Shown: piece after piece, positions 34,948 to 47,257 of the stretch
How the letters are laid out: each line of letters begins with the position of its first letter
How positions within the stretch are numbered: the stretch's first letter is position 1
Assembly (NCBI GenBank): GCA_046563655.1
Contig: JAJCTO010000009.1
Span: 186,001-250,000, forward strand
From: Yuukianura sp. NJ FZ-2021
Taxonomy: Eukaryota
DNA length: 64,000 bases
Direction: 5' to 3'
Translations under genes and position numbers: made by a program
The notes under the pieces: model-generated
Databases searched by the model: none
Told to the model about the DNA's origin: nothing
Seen by the model: the letters and a program-made list of their open reading frames with translations, nothing else

Positions 34948-36090
34948 CCCCAGCAGCAAAGAGGAAGTTCAAAGAATTCTAAGGAATTGATTTGTCGAGA
35001 ACACAATCAATTCCAAAGAATGCTCTTCCTAGGAACAAGGGATTCCTGAGGGAATCTTTAGGAATTCCCCAATGTCGGCTATTAGGTATTCCTTAAGGAG
35101 TTCCAAAGAAGAACTCTTTGGAATTCTCCTCGGCGAATTCATTTTTTCTTCCTACACTAGGAACTCTTAGGACTTCCCTTTAAAGAATTCTTTGGAATAC
35201 AAAACATTACAAAAAAGAAGACTTAGGACCACTTTTAAATGACGTTGTAGGAATTTATTTGACCACCTGCTAAATCTATGCCATTAAGTAATTAACATGC
35301 TACAATTAGTAAACTAATAATTATTTACTTAATTAAATATATTTCAAATGACCTTGTGAGTAGTAGGGGGCTCAGGCACTTAAGTACGATGACTTCTATA
35401 AAGCAAAGTTTCATGCGAGTACTTTTTTTTGCATAAATACGGAACATAGCCTCAAAATGAAAATATTTTTTAACAAAATCGACAAACCTAGGATGGAATG
35501 ATAAGAACAATAGTCGGGGTTTCCTTTCCGTGCAGTTTATCGGAAGCTTACTGCTGAAGTGTCCAACTACCCAAAAACTTTTCAACTTATGCCACCATTT
35601 CAACCTAACCTCAAGCACTTCTGATTAACTTTTGTTTAAACACTAAACCAATTCAACGCTTTCGTAACATCAATCAAATAAAGTTACGTCTTCTTCCTTC
35701 GTTACTTAAATACAGGAAAAACTAAAAGTAACCGAAGGAACATATGGAAAGTCAACGGTTCGTGTACCTCCTCAGGAACACTAAAGAATTCTTTTGGGAA
35801 GTTCAAATGTAATACAATTTTTTGAAGTCCATGGAAGTCTTACTAAAAGCACAAATTTCCACTTCGAATTACTAAGACTTCAAAATAATTCCCTTTTCCC
35901 GAACAAAACAAGGACATCTCAGGATTTCTTTTAAAAGACATTCTTTGGAAGTCAATTGTGTTCTTGCAAAGAAAACCTCTCGTGTTTGCACTTCTTATGA
36001 GTTCTTACGAATTCCGACACAGGGAATTCCCAACATGTTCTGTTTTGAGAACATTTGGGGAATTCCTAGGAATAGAGCTTGCTGCTGGGG
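34948..36090. mobile_element. Non-autonomous TIR DNA transposon (MITE-like, CMC/EnSpm-like), copy 1, 1143 bp
   Basis: 12-bp TIR CCCCAGCAGCAA/TTGCTGCTGGGG. The satellite CATATGAA|GTGTACC is split with AA duplicated. Subterminal regions are dense in GAATTC/AGGAA/TTCCT motifs. No transposase ORF. Superfamily inferred only from the CCCAG-like end, short TSD and subterminal repeats. Confidence 0.88.
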
Positions 36091-38378
36091 AAGTGTACCA
36101 ATGTCAAGTTTTGACAAAAAAAATCCATTTTTTTCATTAAAAACTCCCCAAAAAGTCACTCTGGGCTATCTGAGAAGTGAAAATTTCAAACCGATACTAT
36201 GCTTCTGAAAGCCCATATGAAGTGTACCAATGTCAAGTTTTGACAAAAAAATCCATTTTTTTCATTAAAAACTCCCCAAAAAATCACTCTGGGCTGTCTG
36301 AGAAGTGAAAATTTCAAACCGATACTATGCTTCTGAAAGCCCAAAAAGTCATTCTGGCCAATCTCAGAATTGAAAATTTCAAACGAAGTTATGCTTCTGA
36401 AAGCCCATCTGAAGTGTTCCAAGCTCAATTTTTCTCCGTGAAATCCATTTTTTTCATTTAAAACTCACCAAAAAGTCATTCTGGGCTATCTGAGGAGTCA
36501 AAACTGCAAACCGAAATTATGCTTGTGAAAGCCCATTTGAAGTGTTCCAGACTCAATTTTTCACCAAAAAATCATTTTTTTTTCATTAAATACTCTTCAA
36601 AAAGTCATTCTGGGATATCTGAGATGTCAAAATTGCAAAACGAAATTATGCTTGTGAAAGCCCATCTGAAGTGTTCCAAGCTCAATTTTCTTCGAGAAAT
36701 CCATTTTTTTTCATTTAAAACTCACCAAAAAGTCATTCTGGGCTATCTGAGGAGTGAAAATATCAAACCGATAATATGCCTCTGAAAGCCAATCTGAAGT
36801 GAACCAATCTCAATTTTTGTCAAAAAAGATACATTTTTTTCACTAAAAACTCCCCAAAAAGTCATTCTGGGCCATCTGAGAAGTGAAAATTTCAAACCGA
36901 TACTATGCTTCTGAAAGCCCATATGAAGTGTACCAGTGTCAAGTTTTGTCAAAAAAATCCATTTTTTTCATTAAAAACTCCCCAAAAAGTCATTCTGGCC
37001 AATCTCAGAATTGAAAATTTCAAACCGATACTATGCTTCTGAAAGCCCATATGAACTGTACCAATGTCAAGTTTTGTCAAAAAAATCATTTTTTTTTTCA
37101 TTAAAAACTCCCCAAAAAGTCACTCTGGGCTATCTGAGAAGTGAAAATTTCAAACCGATACTATGCTTCTGAAAGCCCATATGAAGTGTACCAATGTCAA
37201 GTTTTGACAAAAAAATCCATTTTTTTCATTAAAAACTCCCCAAAAAATCACTCTGGGCTGTCTGAGAAGTGAAAATTTCAAACCGATACTATGCTTCTGA
37301 AAGCCCATATGAAGTGTACCAATGTCAAGTTTTGTCAAAAAAATCCACTTTTTCATTAAAAACTCCCCAAAAAGTCATTCTGGCCAATCTCAGAATTGAA
37401 AATTTCAAACGAAGTTATGCTTCTGAAAGCCCATCTGAAGTGTTCCAAGCTCAATTTTTCTCCGTGAAATCCATTTTTTTCATTTAAAACTCACCAAAAA
37501 GTCATTCTGGGCTATCTGAGGAGTCAAAACTGCAAACCGAAATTATGCTTGTGAAAGCCCATTTGAAGTGTTCCAGACTCAATTTTTCACCAAAAAATCA
37601 TTTTTTTTCATTAAATACTCTTCAAAAAGTCATTCTGGGATATCTGAGATGTCAAAATTGCAAAACGAAATTATGCTTGTGAAAGCCCATCTGAAGTGTT
37701 CCAAGCTCAATTTTCTTCGAGAAATCCATTTTTTTTCATTTAAAACTCACCAAAAAGTCATTCTGGGCTATCTGAGGAGTGAAAATATCAAACCGATAAT
37801 ATGCCTCTGAAAGCCAATCTGAAGTGAACCAATCTCAATTTTTGTCAAAAAAATCATTTTTTTTCATTAAAAACTCACCAAAAAGTCACTCTGGGCTATC
37901 TGAGAAGTGAAAATTTCAAACCGATACTATGCTTCTGAAAGCCCATATGAAGTGTACCAGTGTCAAGTTTTGTCAAAAAAATCCATTTTTTTCATTAAAA
38001 ACTCCCCAAAAAGTCATTCTGGCCAATCTCAGAATTGAAAATTTCAAACCGATACTATGCTTCTGAAAGCCCATATGAAGTGTACCAATGTCAAGTTTTG
38101 TCAAAAAAATCCATTTTTTTCATTAAAAACTCCCCAAAAAGTCACTCTGGGCTATCTGAGAAGTGAAAATTTCAAACCGATACTATGCTTCTGAAAGCCC
38201 ATCTGAAGTGTTCCAAGCTCAATTTTTCTCCGAAAAATCCATTTTTTTTTTCATTTAAAACTCACAAAAAAGTCATTCAGGGCTATCTGAGGAGTGAAAA
38301 TTGCAAACCAAAATTATGCTTGTGAAAGCCAATCTGAAGTGTTCCAAGCTAAATTTTTCTCCGAAAAATCCATTTTTT
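36091..38378 (+). repeat. 128-bp satellite, A/B mosaic
   Basis: Alternating runs of A and B monomers with hybrid monomers at the switches. Confidence 0.95.
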
Positions 38379-39547
38379 AGTCTTCTGGAGACGCACGTCT
38401 ACGACGTGCTGAAGAAGACTATTGATACGACTTTTCTGTCCGTAACGTTTTTTAGGACACTTTCCGCTGAAACATTAGCCCCATTATTGACGGGGGGTTA
38501 TGTATGGCTCAAGAGTTTTCAGTAGGTCTACATTGCACTCAAAGTGTTAAATTAACAACGTAGAAGTTGGCGGCTGCTTTACGTACCCGCAGTATCGTGC
38601 CTCCGCAAAACTGTTTTGGTTTCGATTGCACTCAAAATATTTATAAACAACGGAGTTATGATCTGGTCACTTTCTGGCAGTATGTTTAATTACGTTGTAA
38701 AGTTAAACCTTGTCAGGGGTAGAAATTCCGGCTTAAATTCGTAACATGTAAACAGTGCATGGCAGGGTTCAAATTTGCTTTAGCAAGAAATTTTTATAAT
38801 CGACCCTTACCCCACAACGTACAATTTTGTGCATGATACACACAATTGAAAGTTTGTGCAAGTTTGAGAACTACCTTGAGCATCAAAATAATTTTTAGCA
38901 GAGTGAAGTCTGAGACCAAATTAAACAACATTTTGATGCAGTTAAATTAACGCTGTTCGCTTTTTTAACAAATGGTGCATCTATTTGAACCGAGTTTGAT
39001 TTTAAGGAAGCTGTATTCGACCCCTGCCCCTCAACGTTCAATTTTGTGCACACTTATACGTAGATGCACATAAATGTCGAATTGCGCAATTATTCTGACG
39101 CTGTACAATGGACGTTGCTATTTTAAAATTTGTGAATACTGGAGAACAACTGCACATACATCTTTTAGAATGGTGATTAGTACATCCGATTATACAATTA
39201 TTGTGCATTTACATGAACAGATTTAAGGGCATTCTAATTTTGTGCATACTTGAGAACAATTTGATGTAAAAATGTTGTGCTTCAAAGGATTTGAACAGAG
39301 TGAAAACTGAGCTTTTGAACAACATTTTTATGCAAACGGTTTTTTCACATTTTAGTGCAATTGTGTACAAACGCGCCCCAAATCTGCACTGAAGATTATG
39401 AGCGAAGTTTAGTTGCATAAATCTCGTGAAAACGGTTTCTTAACGTTTTTCTTGAACGCGTTCACGGATAGCCGGTCTAAAAGCCATATCAATTGCCAAC
39501 TACCTCCAGAAGACCAATGCTCAACCCTTGAGCATCGCTCTACCTTG
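38379..39547 (+). mobile_element. Non-autonomous Helentron-associated (HINE/DINE-1-like) element, copy 1, ~1169 bp
   Basis: Asymmetric subterminal inverted repeat GTCTTCTGGAG (38380-38390) / CTCCAGAAGAC (39504-39514); 5' fold-back AGTCTTCT..GCACGTC-TAC-GACGTGC..AGAAGACT; 3' hairpin ATGCTCAA-CCC-TTGAGCAT (39517-39535); inserted in a T-tract with no distinct TSD; non-coding. Confidence 0.85.
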
Positions 39548-40665
39548 TTTTTCATTTAAAACTCACCAAAAAGTCATTCTGGGCTATCTGAGGAGTCAAA
39601 ATTGCAAACCGAAATTATGCTCGTGAAAGAAAATCTGAAGTGTTCCAAGCTGAATTTTTCTCCGAAAAATCCATTCTTTTTCATTTATAACTCACCAAAA
39701 AGTCATTCTGGGCTATCTGAGGAGTCAAAATTGCAAACCGAAATTATGCTTGTGAAAGCCAATCTGAAGTGTTCCAAGCTCAATTTTTCTCCGAAAAATC
39801 CATTTTTTTCATTTAAAACTCACCAAAAAGTCATTCTGGGCTATCTGAGGAGTCAAAATTGCAAACCGAAATTATGCTCGTGAAAGAAAATCTGAAGTGT
39901 TCCAAGCTGAATTTTTCTCCGAAAAATCCATTCTTTTTCATTTATAACTCACCAAAAAGTCATTCTGGGCTATCTGAGGAGTCAAAATTGCAAACCGAAA
40001 TTATGCTTCTGAAAGCCCATCTGAAGTGTTCCAAACTCACTTTTTCTCCGAAAAATCCATTTTTTTTCATTTAAAACTCACCAAAAGGTCATTCTGGGCT
40101 ATCTGAGGAGTCAAAATTGCAAACCGAAATTATGCTTCTGAAAGCCAATCTGAAGTGTTCCAAGCTAAATTTTTCTCCGAAAAATCCATTCTTTTTCATT
40201 TATAACTCACCAAAAAGTCATTCTGGGCTATCTGAGGAGTCAAAATTGCAAACCGAAATTATGCTTGTGAAAGCCCATCTGAAGTGTTCCAAGCTCAATT
40301 TTTCTCCGAAAAATCCATTTTTTTCATTTAAAACTCACAAAAAAGTCATTCAGGGCTATCTGAGGAGTGAAAATTGCAAACCAAAATTATGCTTGTGAAA
40401 GCCAATCTGAAGTGTTCCAAGCTAAATTTTTCTCCGAAAAATCCATTTTTTTTTCATTTAAAACTCACCAAAAAGTCATTCTGGGCTATCTGAGGAGTCA
40501 AAATTGCAAACCGAAATTATGCTCGTGAAAGAAAATCTGAAGTGTTCCAAGCTGAATTTTTCTCCGAAAAATCCATTCTTTTTCATTTATAACTCACCAA
40601 AAAGTCATTCTGGGCTATCTGAGGAGTCAAAATTGCAAACCGAAATTATGCTTGTGAAAGCCCAT
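39548..40665 (+). repeat. 128-bp satellite, subtype B block
   Basis: Pure B monomers, ending in an abrupt B-to-A switch within TGAAAGCCCAT (40655-40665). Confidence 0.95.
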
Positions 40666-43600
40666 ATGAAGTGTACCAATGTCAAGTTTTGACAAAAAAA
40701 TCCATTTTTTTCATTAAAAACTCCCCAAAAAATCACTCTGGGCTATCTGAGAAGTGAAAATTTCAAACCGATACTATGCTTCTGAAAGCCCATATGAAGT
40801 GTACCAATGTCAAGCTTTGACAAAAAAAAATCCATTTTTTTCATTAAAAACTCCCCAAAAAATCACTCTGGGCTGTCTGAGAAGTGAAAATTTCAAACCA
40901 ATACTATGCTTCTGAAAGGCCATATGAAGTGTACCAATGTCAAGTTTTGACCAAAAAATCCATTTTTTTCATTAAAAACTCCCCAAAAATCACTCTGGCC
41001 AATCTCAGAAGTGAAAATTTCAAGCCGATAATATGCTTCTGAAAGCCAATCTGAAGTGAACCAATCTCGATTTTTGTCAAAAAAATCATTTTTTTTTCAT
41101 TAAAAACTCACCAAAAAATCACTCTGGGCTATCTGAGAAGTGAAAATTTCAAACCGATACTATGCTTCTGAAAGCCCATATGAAGTGTACCAATGTCAAG
41201 TTTTGACAAAAAAATCCATTTTTTTCATTAAAAACTCCCCAAAAAGTCACTCTGAGCTATCTGAGAAGTGAAAATTTCAAACCGATAATATTCTTCTGAA
41301 AGCCCATATGAAGTGTACCAATGTCAAGTTTTGACCAAAAAATCCATTTTTTTCATTAAAAACTCCCCAAAAATCACTCTGGCCAATCTCAGAAGTGAAA
41401 ATTTCAAGACGATAATATGCTTCTGAAAGCCAATCTGAAGTGAACCAATCTCAATTTTTGTCAAAAAAATCACTCTTTTTCATTAAAAACTCACCAAAAA
41501 ATCACTCTGGGCTATCTGAGAAGTGAAAATTTCAAACCGATACTATGCTTCTGAAAGCCCATATGAAGTGTACCAATGTCAAGTTTTGACAAAAAAATCC
41601 ATTTTTTTCATTAAAAACTCACCAAAAAATCACTCTGGGCTATCTGAGAAGTGAAAATTTCAAACCGATACTATGCTTCTGAAAGCCCATATGAAGTGTA
41701 CCAATGTCAAGTTTTGACAAAAAAATCCATTTTTTTCATTAAAAACTCCCCAAAAAGTCACTCTGGGCTATCTGAGAAGTGAAAATTTCAAACCGATAAT
41801 ATTCTTCTGAAAGCCCATATGAAGTGTACCAATGTCAAGTTTTGACAAAAAAAATCCATTTTTTTCATTAAAAACTCCCCAAAAAATCACTCTGGGCTGT
41901 CTGAGAAGTGAAAATTTCAAACCGATACTATGCTTCTGAAAGCCCATATGAAGTGTACCAGTGTCAAGTTTTGTCAAAAAAATCCATTTTTTTCATTAAA
42001 AACTCCCCAAAAAGTCACTCTGGCCAATCTCAGAGTTGAAAATTTCAAACCGATACTATGCTTCTGAAAGCCCATATGAAGTGTACCAATGTCAAGTTTT
42101 GACAAAAAAAAATCCATTTTTTTCATTAAAAACTCCCCAAAAAATCACTCTGGGCTGTCTGAGAAGTGAAAATTTCAAACCGATACTATGCTTCTGAAAG
42201 CTCATATGAAGTGTACCAATGTCAAGTTTTGACCAAAAAATCCATTTTTTTCATTAAAAACTCCCCAAAAATCACTCTGGCCAATCTCAGAAGTGAAAAT
42301 TTCAAGCCGATAATATGCTTCTGAAAGCCAATCTGAAGTGAACCAATCTCAATTTTTGTCAAAAAAATCATTTTTTTTTCATTAAAAACTCACCAAAAAA
42401 TCACTCTGGGCTATCTGAGAAGTGAAAATTTCAAACCGATACTATGCTTCTGAAAGCCCATATGAAGTGTACCAATGTCAAGTTTTGACAAAAAAATCCA
42501 TTTTTTTCATTAAAAACTCCCCAAAAAATCACTCTGGGCTGTCTGAGAAGTGAAAATTTCAAACCGATACTATGCTTCTGAAAGCTCATATGAAGTGTAC
42601 CAATGTCAAGTTTTGACCAAAAAATCCATTTTTTTCAGTAAAAACTCCCCAAAAATCACTCTGGCCAATCTCAGAAGTGAAAATTTCAAGCCGATAATAT
42701 GCTTCTGAAAGCCAATCTGAAGTGAACCAATCTCAATTTTTGTCAAAAAAATCATTTTTTTCATTAAAAACTCACCAAAAAATCACTCTGGGCTATCTGA
42801 GAAGTGAAAATTTCAAACCGATACTATGCTTCTGAAAGCCCATATGAAGTGTACCAATGTCAAGCTTTGACAAAAAAAAATCCATTTTTTTCATTAAAAA
42901 CTCCCCAAAAAATCACTCTGGGCTGTCTGAGAAGTGAAAATTTCAAACCGATACTATGCTTCTGAAAGGCCATATGAAGTGTACCAATGTCAAGTTTTGA
43001 CCAAAAAATCCATTTTTTTCATTAAAAACTCCCCAAAAATCACTCTGGCCAATCTCAGAAGTGAAAATTTCAAGCCGATAATATGCTTCTGAAAGCCAAT
43101 CTGAAGTGAACCAATCTCAATTTTTGTCAAAAAAATCATTTTTTTTCATTAAAAACTCCCCAAAAAATCAGTCTGGGATATCTCAGAAGTGAAAATTTCA
43201 AAACGATACTATGCTTCTGAAAGCCCATATGAAGTGTACCAATGTCAAGTTTTGACAAAAAAATCCATTTTTTTCATTAAAAGCTCCCCAAAAAGTCACT
43301 CTGAGCTATCTGAGAAGTGAAAATTTCAAACCGATAATATTCTTCTGAAAGCCCATATGAAGTGTACCAATGTCAAGTTTTGACCAAAAAATCCATTTTT
43401 TTCATTAAAAACTCCCCAAAAATCACTCTGGCCAATCTCAGAAGTGAAAATTTCAAGACGATACTATGCTTCTGAAAGCCAATCTGAACTGAACCAATCT
43501 CAATTTTTGTCAAAAAAAAAATCACTTTTTTTTCATTAAAAACTCCCCAAAAATCACTCTGGCCAATCTCAGAAGTGAAAATTTCAAGCCGATAATATAC

Positions 43601-46113
43601 TTCTGAAAGCCAATCTGAAGTGGACCAATCTCAATTTTTGTCAAAAAAATCCATTTTTTCATTAAAAACTCCCCAAAAAATCACTCTGGGCTATCTGAGA
43701 AGTGAAAATTTCAAACCGATACTATGCTTCTGAAAGCCCATATGAAGTGTACCAATGTCAAGTTTTGACAAAAAAATCCATTTTTTTCATTAAAAACTCC
43801 CCAAAAAATCACTCTGGGCTGTCTGAGAAGTGAAAATTTCAAACCGATACTATGCTTCTGAAAGCTCATATGAAGTGTACCAATGTCAAGTTTTGACCAA
43901 AAAATCCATTTTTTTCAGTAAAAACTCCCCAAAAATCACTCTGGCCAATCTCAGAAGTGAAAATTTCAAGCCGATAATATGCTTCTGAAAGCCAATCTGA
44001 AGTGAACCAATCTCAATTTTTGTCAAAAAAATCAATTTTTTCATTAAAAACTCACCAAAAAATCACTCTGGGCTATCTGAGAAGTGAAAATTTCAAACCG
44101 ATACTATGCTTCTGAAAGCCCATATGAAGTGTACCAATGTCAAGCTTTGACAAAAAAAAATCCATTTTTTTCATTAAAAACTCCCCAAAAAATCACTCTG
44201 GGCTGTCTGAGAAGTGAAAATTTCAAACCGATACTATGCTTCTGAAAGGCCATATGAAGTGTACCAATGTCAAGTTTTGACCAAAAAATCCATTTTTTTC
44301 ATTAAAAACTCCCCAAAAATCACTCTGGCCAATCTCAGAAGTGAAAATTTCAAGCCGATAATATGCTTCTGAAAGCCAATCTGAAGTGAACCAATCTCAA
44401 TTTTTGTCAAAAAAATCACTTTTTTTTCATTAAAAACTCACCAAAAAATCACTCTGGGCTATCTGAGAAGTGAAAATTTCAAACCGATACTATGCTTCTG
44501 AAAGCCCATATGAAGTGTACCAATGTCAAGTTTTGACAAAAAAATCCATTTTTTTCATTAAAAACTCCCCAAAAAGTCACTCTGAGCTATCTGAGAAGTG
44601 AAAATTTCAAACCGATAATATTCTTCTGAAAGCCCATATGAAGTGTACCAATGTCAAGTTTTGACCAAAAAATCCATTTTTTTCATTAAAAACTCCCCAA
44701 AAATCACTCTGGCCAATCTCAGAAGTGAAAATTTCAAGACGATAATATGCTTCTGAAAGCCAATCTGAAGTGAACCAATCTCAATTTTTGTCAAAAAAAT
44801 CACTCTTTTTCATTAAAAACTCACCAAAAAATCACTCTGGGCTATCTGAGAAGTGAAAATTTCAAACCGATACTATGCTTCTGAAAGCCCATATGAAGTG
44901 TACCAATGTCAAGTTTTGACAAAAAAATCCATTTTTTTCATTAAAAACTCCCCAAAAAATCACTCTGGGGTGTCTGAGAAGTGAAAATTTCAAACCGATA
45001 CTATGCTTCTGAAAGCCCAAAAAGTCATTCTGGCCAATCTCAGAATTGAAAATTTCAAACGAAGTTATGCTTCTGAAAGCCCATCTGAAGTGTTCCAAGC
45101 TCAATTTTTCTCCGTGAAATCCATTTTTTTCATTTAAAACTCACCAAAAAGTCATTCTGGGCTATCTGAGGAGTCAAAACTGCAAACCGAAATTTACTAT
45201 GCTTCTGAAAGCCCATATGAAGTGTACCAATGTCAAGTTTTGACAAAAAAATCCATTTTTTTCATTAAAAACTCCCCAAAAAATCACTCTGGGCTGTCTG
45301 AGAAGTGAAAATTTCAAACCGATACTATGCTTCTGAAAGCCCATATGAAGTGTACCAATGTCAAGTTTTGTCAAAAAAATCCACTTTTTCATTAAAAACT
45401 CCCCAAAAAGTCATTCTGGCCAATCTCAGAATTGAAAATTTCAAACGAAGTTATGCTTCTGAAAGCCCATCTGAAGTGTTCCAAGCTCAATTTTTCTCCG
45501 TGAAATCCATTTTTTTCATTTAAAACTCACCAAAAAGTCATTCTGGGCTATCTGAGGAGTCAAAACTGCAAACCGAAATTATGCTTGTGAAAGCCCATTT
45601 GAAGTGTTCCAGACTCAATTTTTCACCAAAAAATCATTTTTTTCATTAAATACTCTTCAAAAAGTCATTCTGGGATATCTGAGATGTCAAAATTGCAAAA
45701 CGAAATTATGCTTGTGAAAGCCCATCTGAAGTGTTCCAAGCTCAATTTTCTTCGAGAAATCCATTTTTTTTCATTTAAAACTCACCAAAAAGTCATTCTG
45801 GGCTATCTGAGGAGTCAAAACTGCAAACCGAAATTATGCTTGTGAAAGCCCATCTGAAGTGTTCCAGACTCAATTTTTCACCAAAAAATCATTTTTTTCA
45901 TTAAATACTCTTCAAAAAGTCATTCTGGGCTATCTGAGATGTCAAAATTGCAAAACGAAATTATGCTTGTGAAAGCCCATCTGAAGTGTACCAATGTCAA
46001 GTTTTGTCAAAAAAATCCATTTTTTTCATTAAAAACTCCCCAAAAAGTCATTCTGGCCAATCTCAGAATTGAAAATTTCAAACCGATACTATGCTTCTGA
46101 AAGCCCATATGAA
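40666..46113 (+). repeat. 128-bp satellite, subtype A (to ~45010), then A/B mosaic
   Basis: A-type 3-mer structure, then the same mosaic sequence as 33771-34947. Confidence 0.95.
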
Positions 46114-47257
46114 CCCCAGCAGCAAAGAGGAAGTTCAAAGAATTCTAAGGAATTGATTTGTCGAGAACACAATCAATTCCAAAGAATGCTCTTCCTAGGA
46201 ACAAGGGATTCCTGAGGGAATCTTTAGGAATTCCCCAATGTCGGCTATTAGGTATTCCTTAAGGAGTTCCAAAGAAGAACTCTTTGGAATTCTCCTCGGC
46301 GAATTCATTTTTTCTTCCTACACTAGGAACTCTTAGGACTTCCCTTTAAAGAATTCTTTGGAATACAAAACATTACAAAAAAGAAGACTTAGGACCACTT
46401 TTAAATGACGTTGTAGGAATTTATTTGACCACCTGCTAAATCCATGCCATTAAGTAATTAACATGCTACAATTAGTAAACTAATAATTATTTACTTAATT
46501 AAATATATTTCAAATGACCTTGTGAGTAGTAGGGGGCTCAGGCACTTAAGTACGATGACTTCTATAAAGCAAAGTTTCATGCGAGTACTTTTTTTTTGCA
46601 TAAATACGGAACATAGCCTCAAAATGAAAATATTTTTTAACAAAATCGACAAACCTAGGATGGAATGATAAGAACAATAGTCGGGGTTTCCTTTCCGTGC
46701 AGTTTATCGGAAGCTTACTGCTGAAGTGTCCAACTACCCAAAAACTTTTCAACTTATGCCACCATTTCAACCTAACCTCAAGCACTTCTGATTAACTTTT
46801 GTTTAAACACTAAACCAATTCAACGCTTTCGTAACATCAATCAAATAAAGTTACGTCTTCTTCCTTCGTTACTTAAATACAGGAAAAACTAAAAGTAACC
46901 GAAGGAACATATGGAAAGTCAACGGTTCGTGTACCTCCTCAGGAACACTAAAGAATTCTTTTGGGAAGTTCAAATGTAATACAATTTTTTGAAGTCCATG
47001 GAAGTCTTACTAAAAGCACAAATTTCCACTTCGAATTACTAAGACTTCAAAATAATTCCCTTTTCCCGAACAAAACAAGGACATCTCAGGATTTCTTTTA
47101 AAAGACATTCTTTGGAAGTCAATTGTGTTCTTGCAAAGAAAACCTCTCGTGTTTGCACTTCTTATGAGTTCTTACGAATTCCGACACAGGGAATTCCCAA
47201 CATGTTCTGTTTTGAGAACATTTGGGGAATTCCTAGGAATAGAGCTTGCTGCTGGGG
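46114..47257. mobile_element. Non-autonomous TIR DNA transposon, copy 2, 1144 bp
   Basis: Near-identical to 34948-36090 (one T/C change and one T-run length change seen), with the same TIRs, AA duplication and flanks. Confidence 0.88.

Noticed and set aside
35325..39418. ORFs inside the TIR and HINE elements (35325..35618, 38301..38525, 39209..39418 and their duplicates)
   Set aside because: No transposase, Rep or helicase motifs. One is frameshifted between copies and another begins in satellite sequence.
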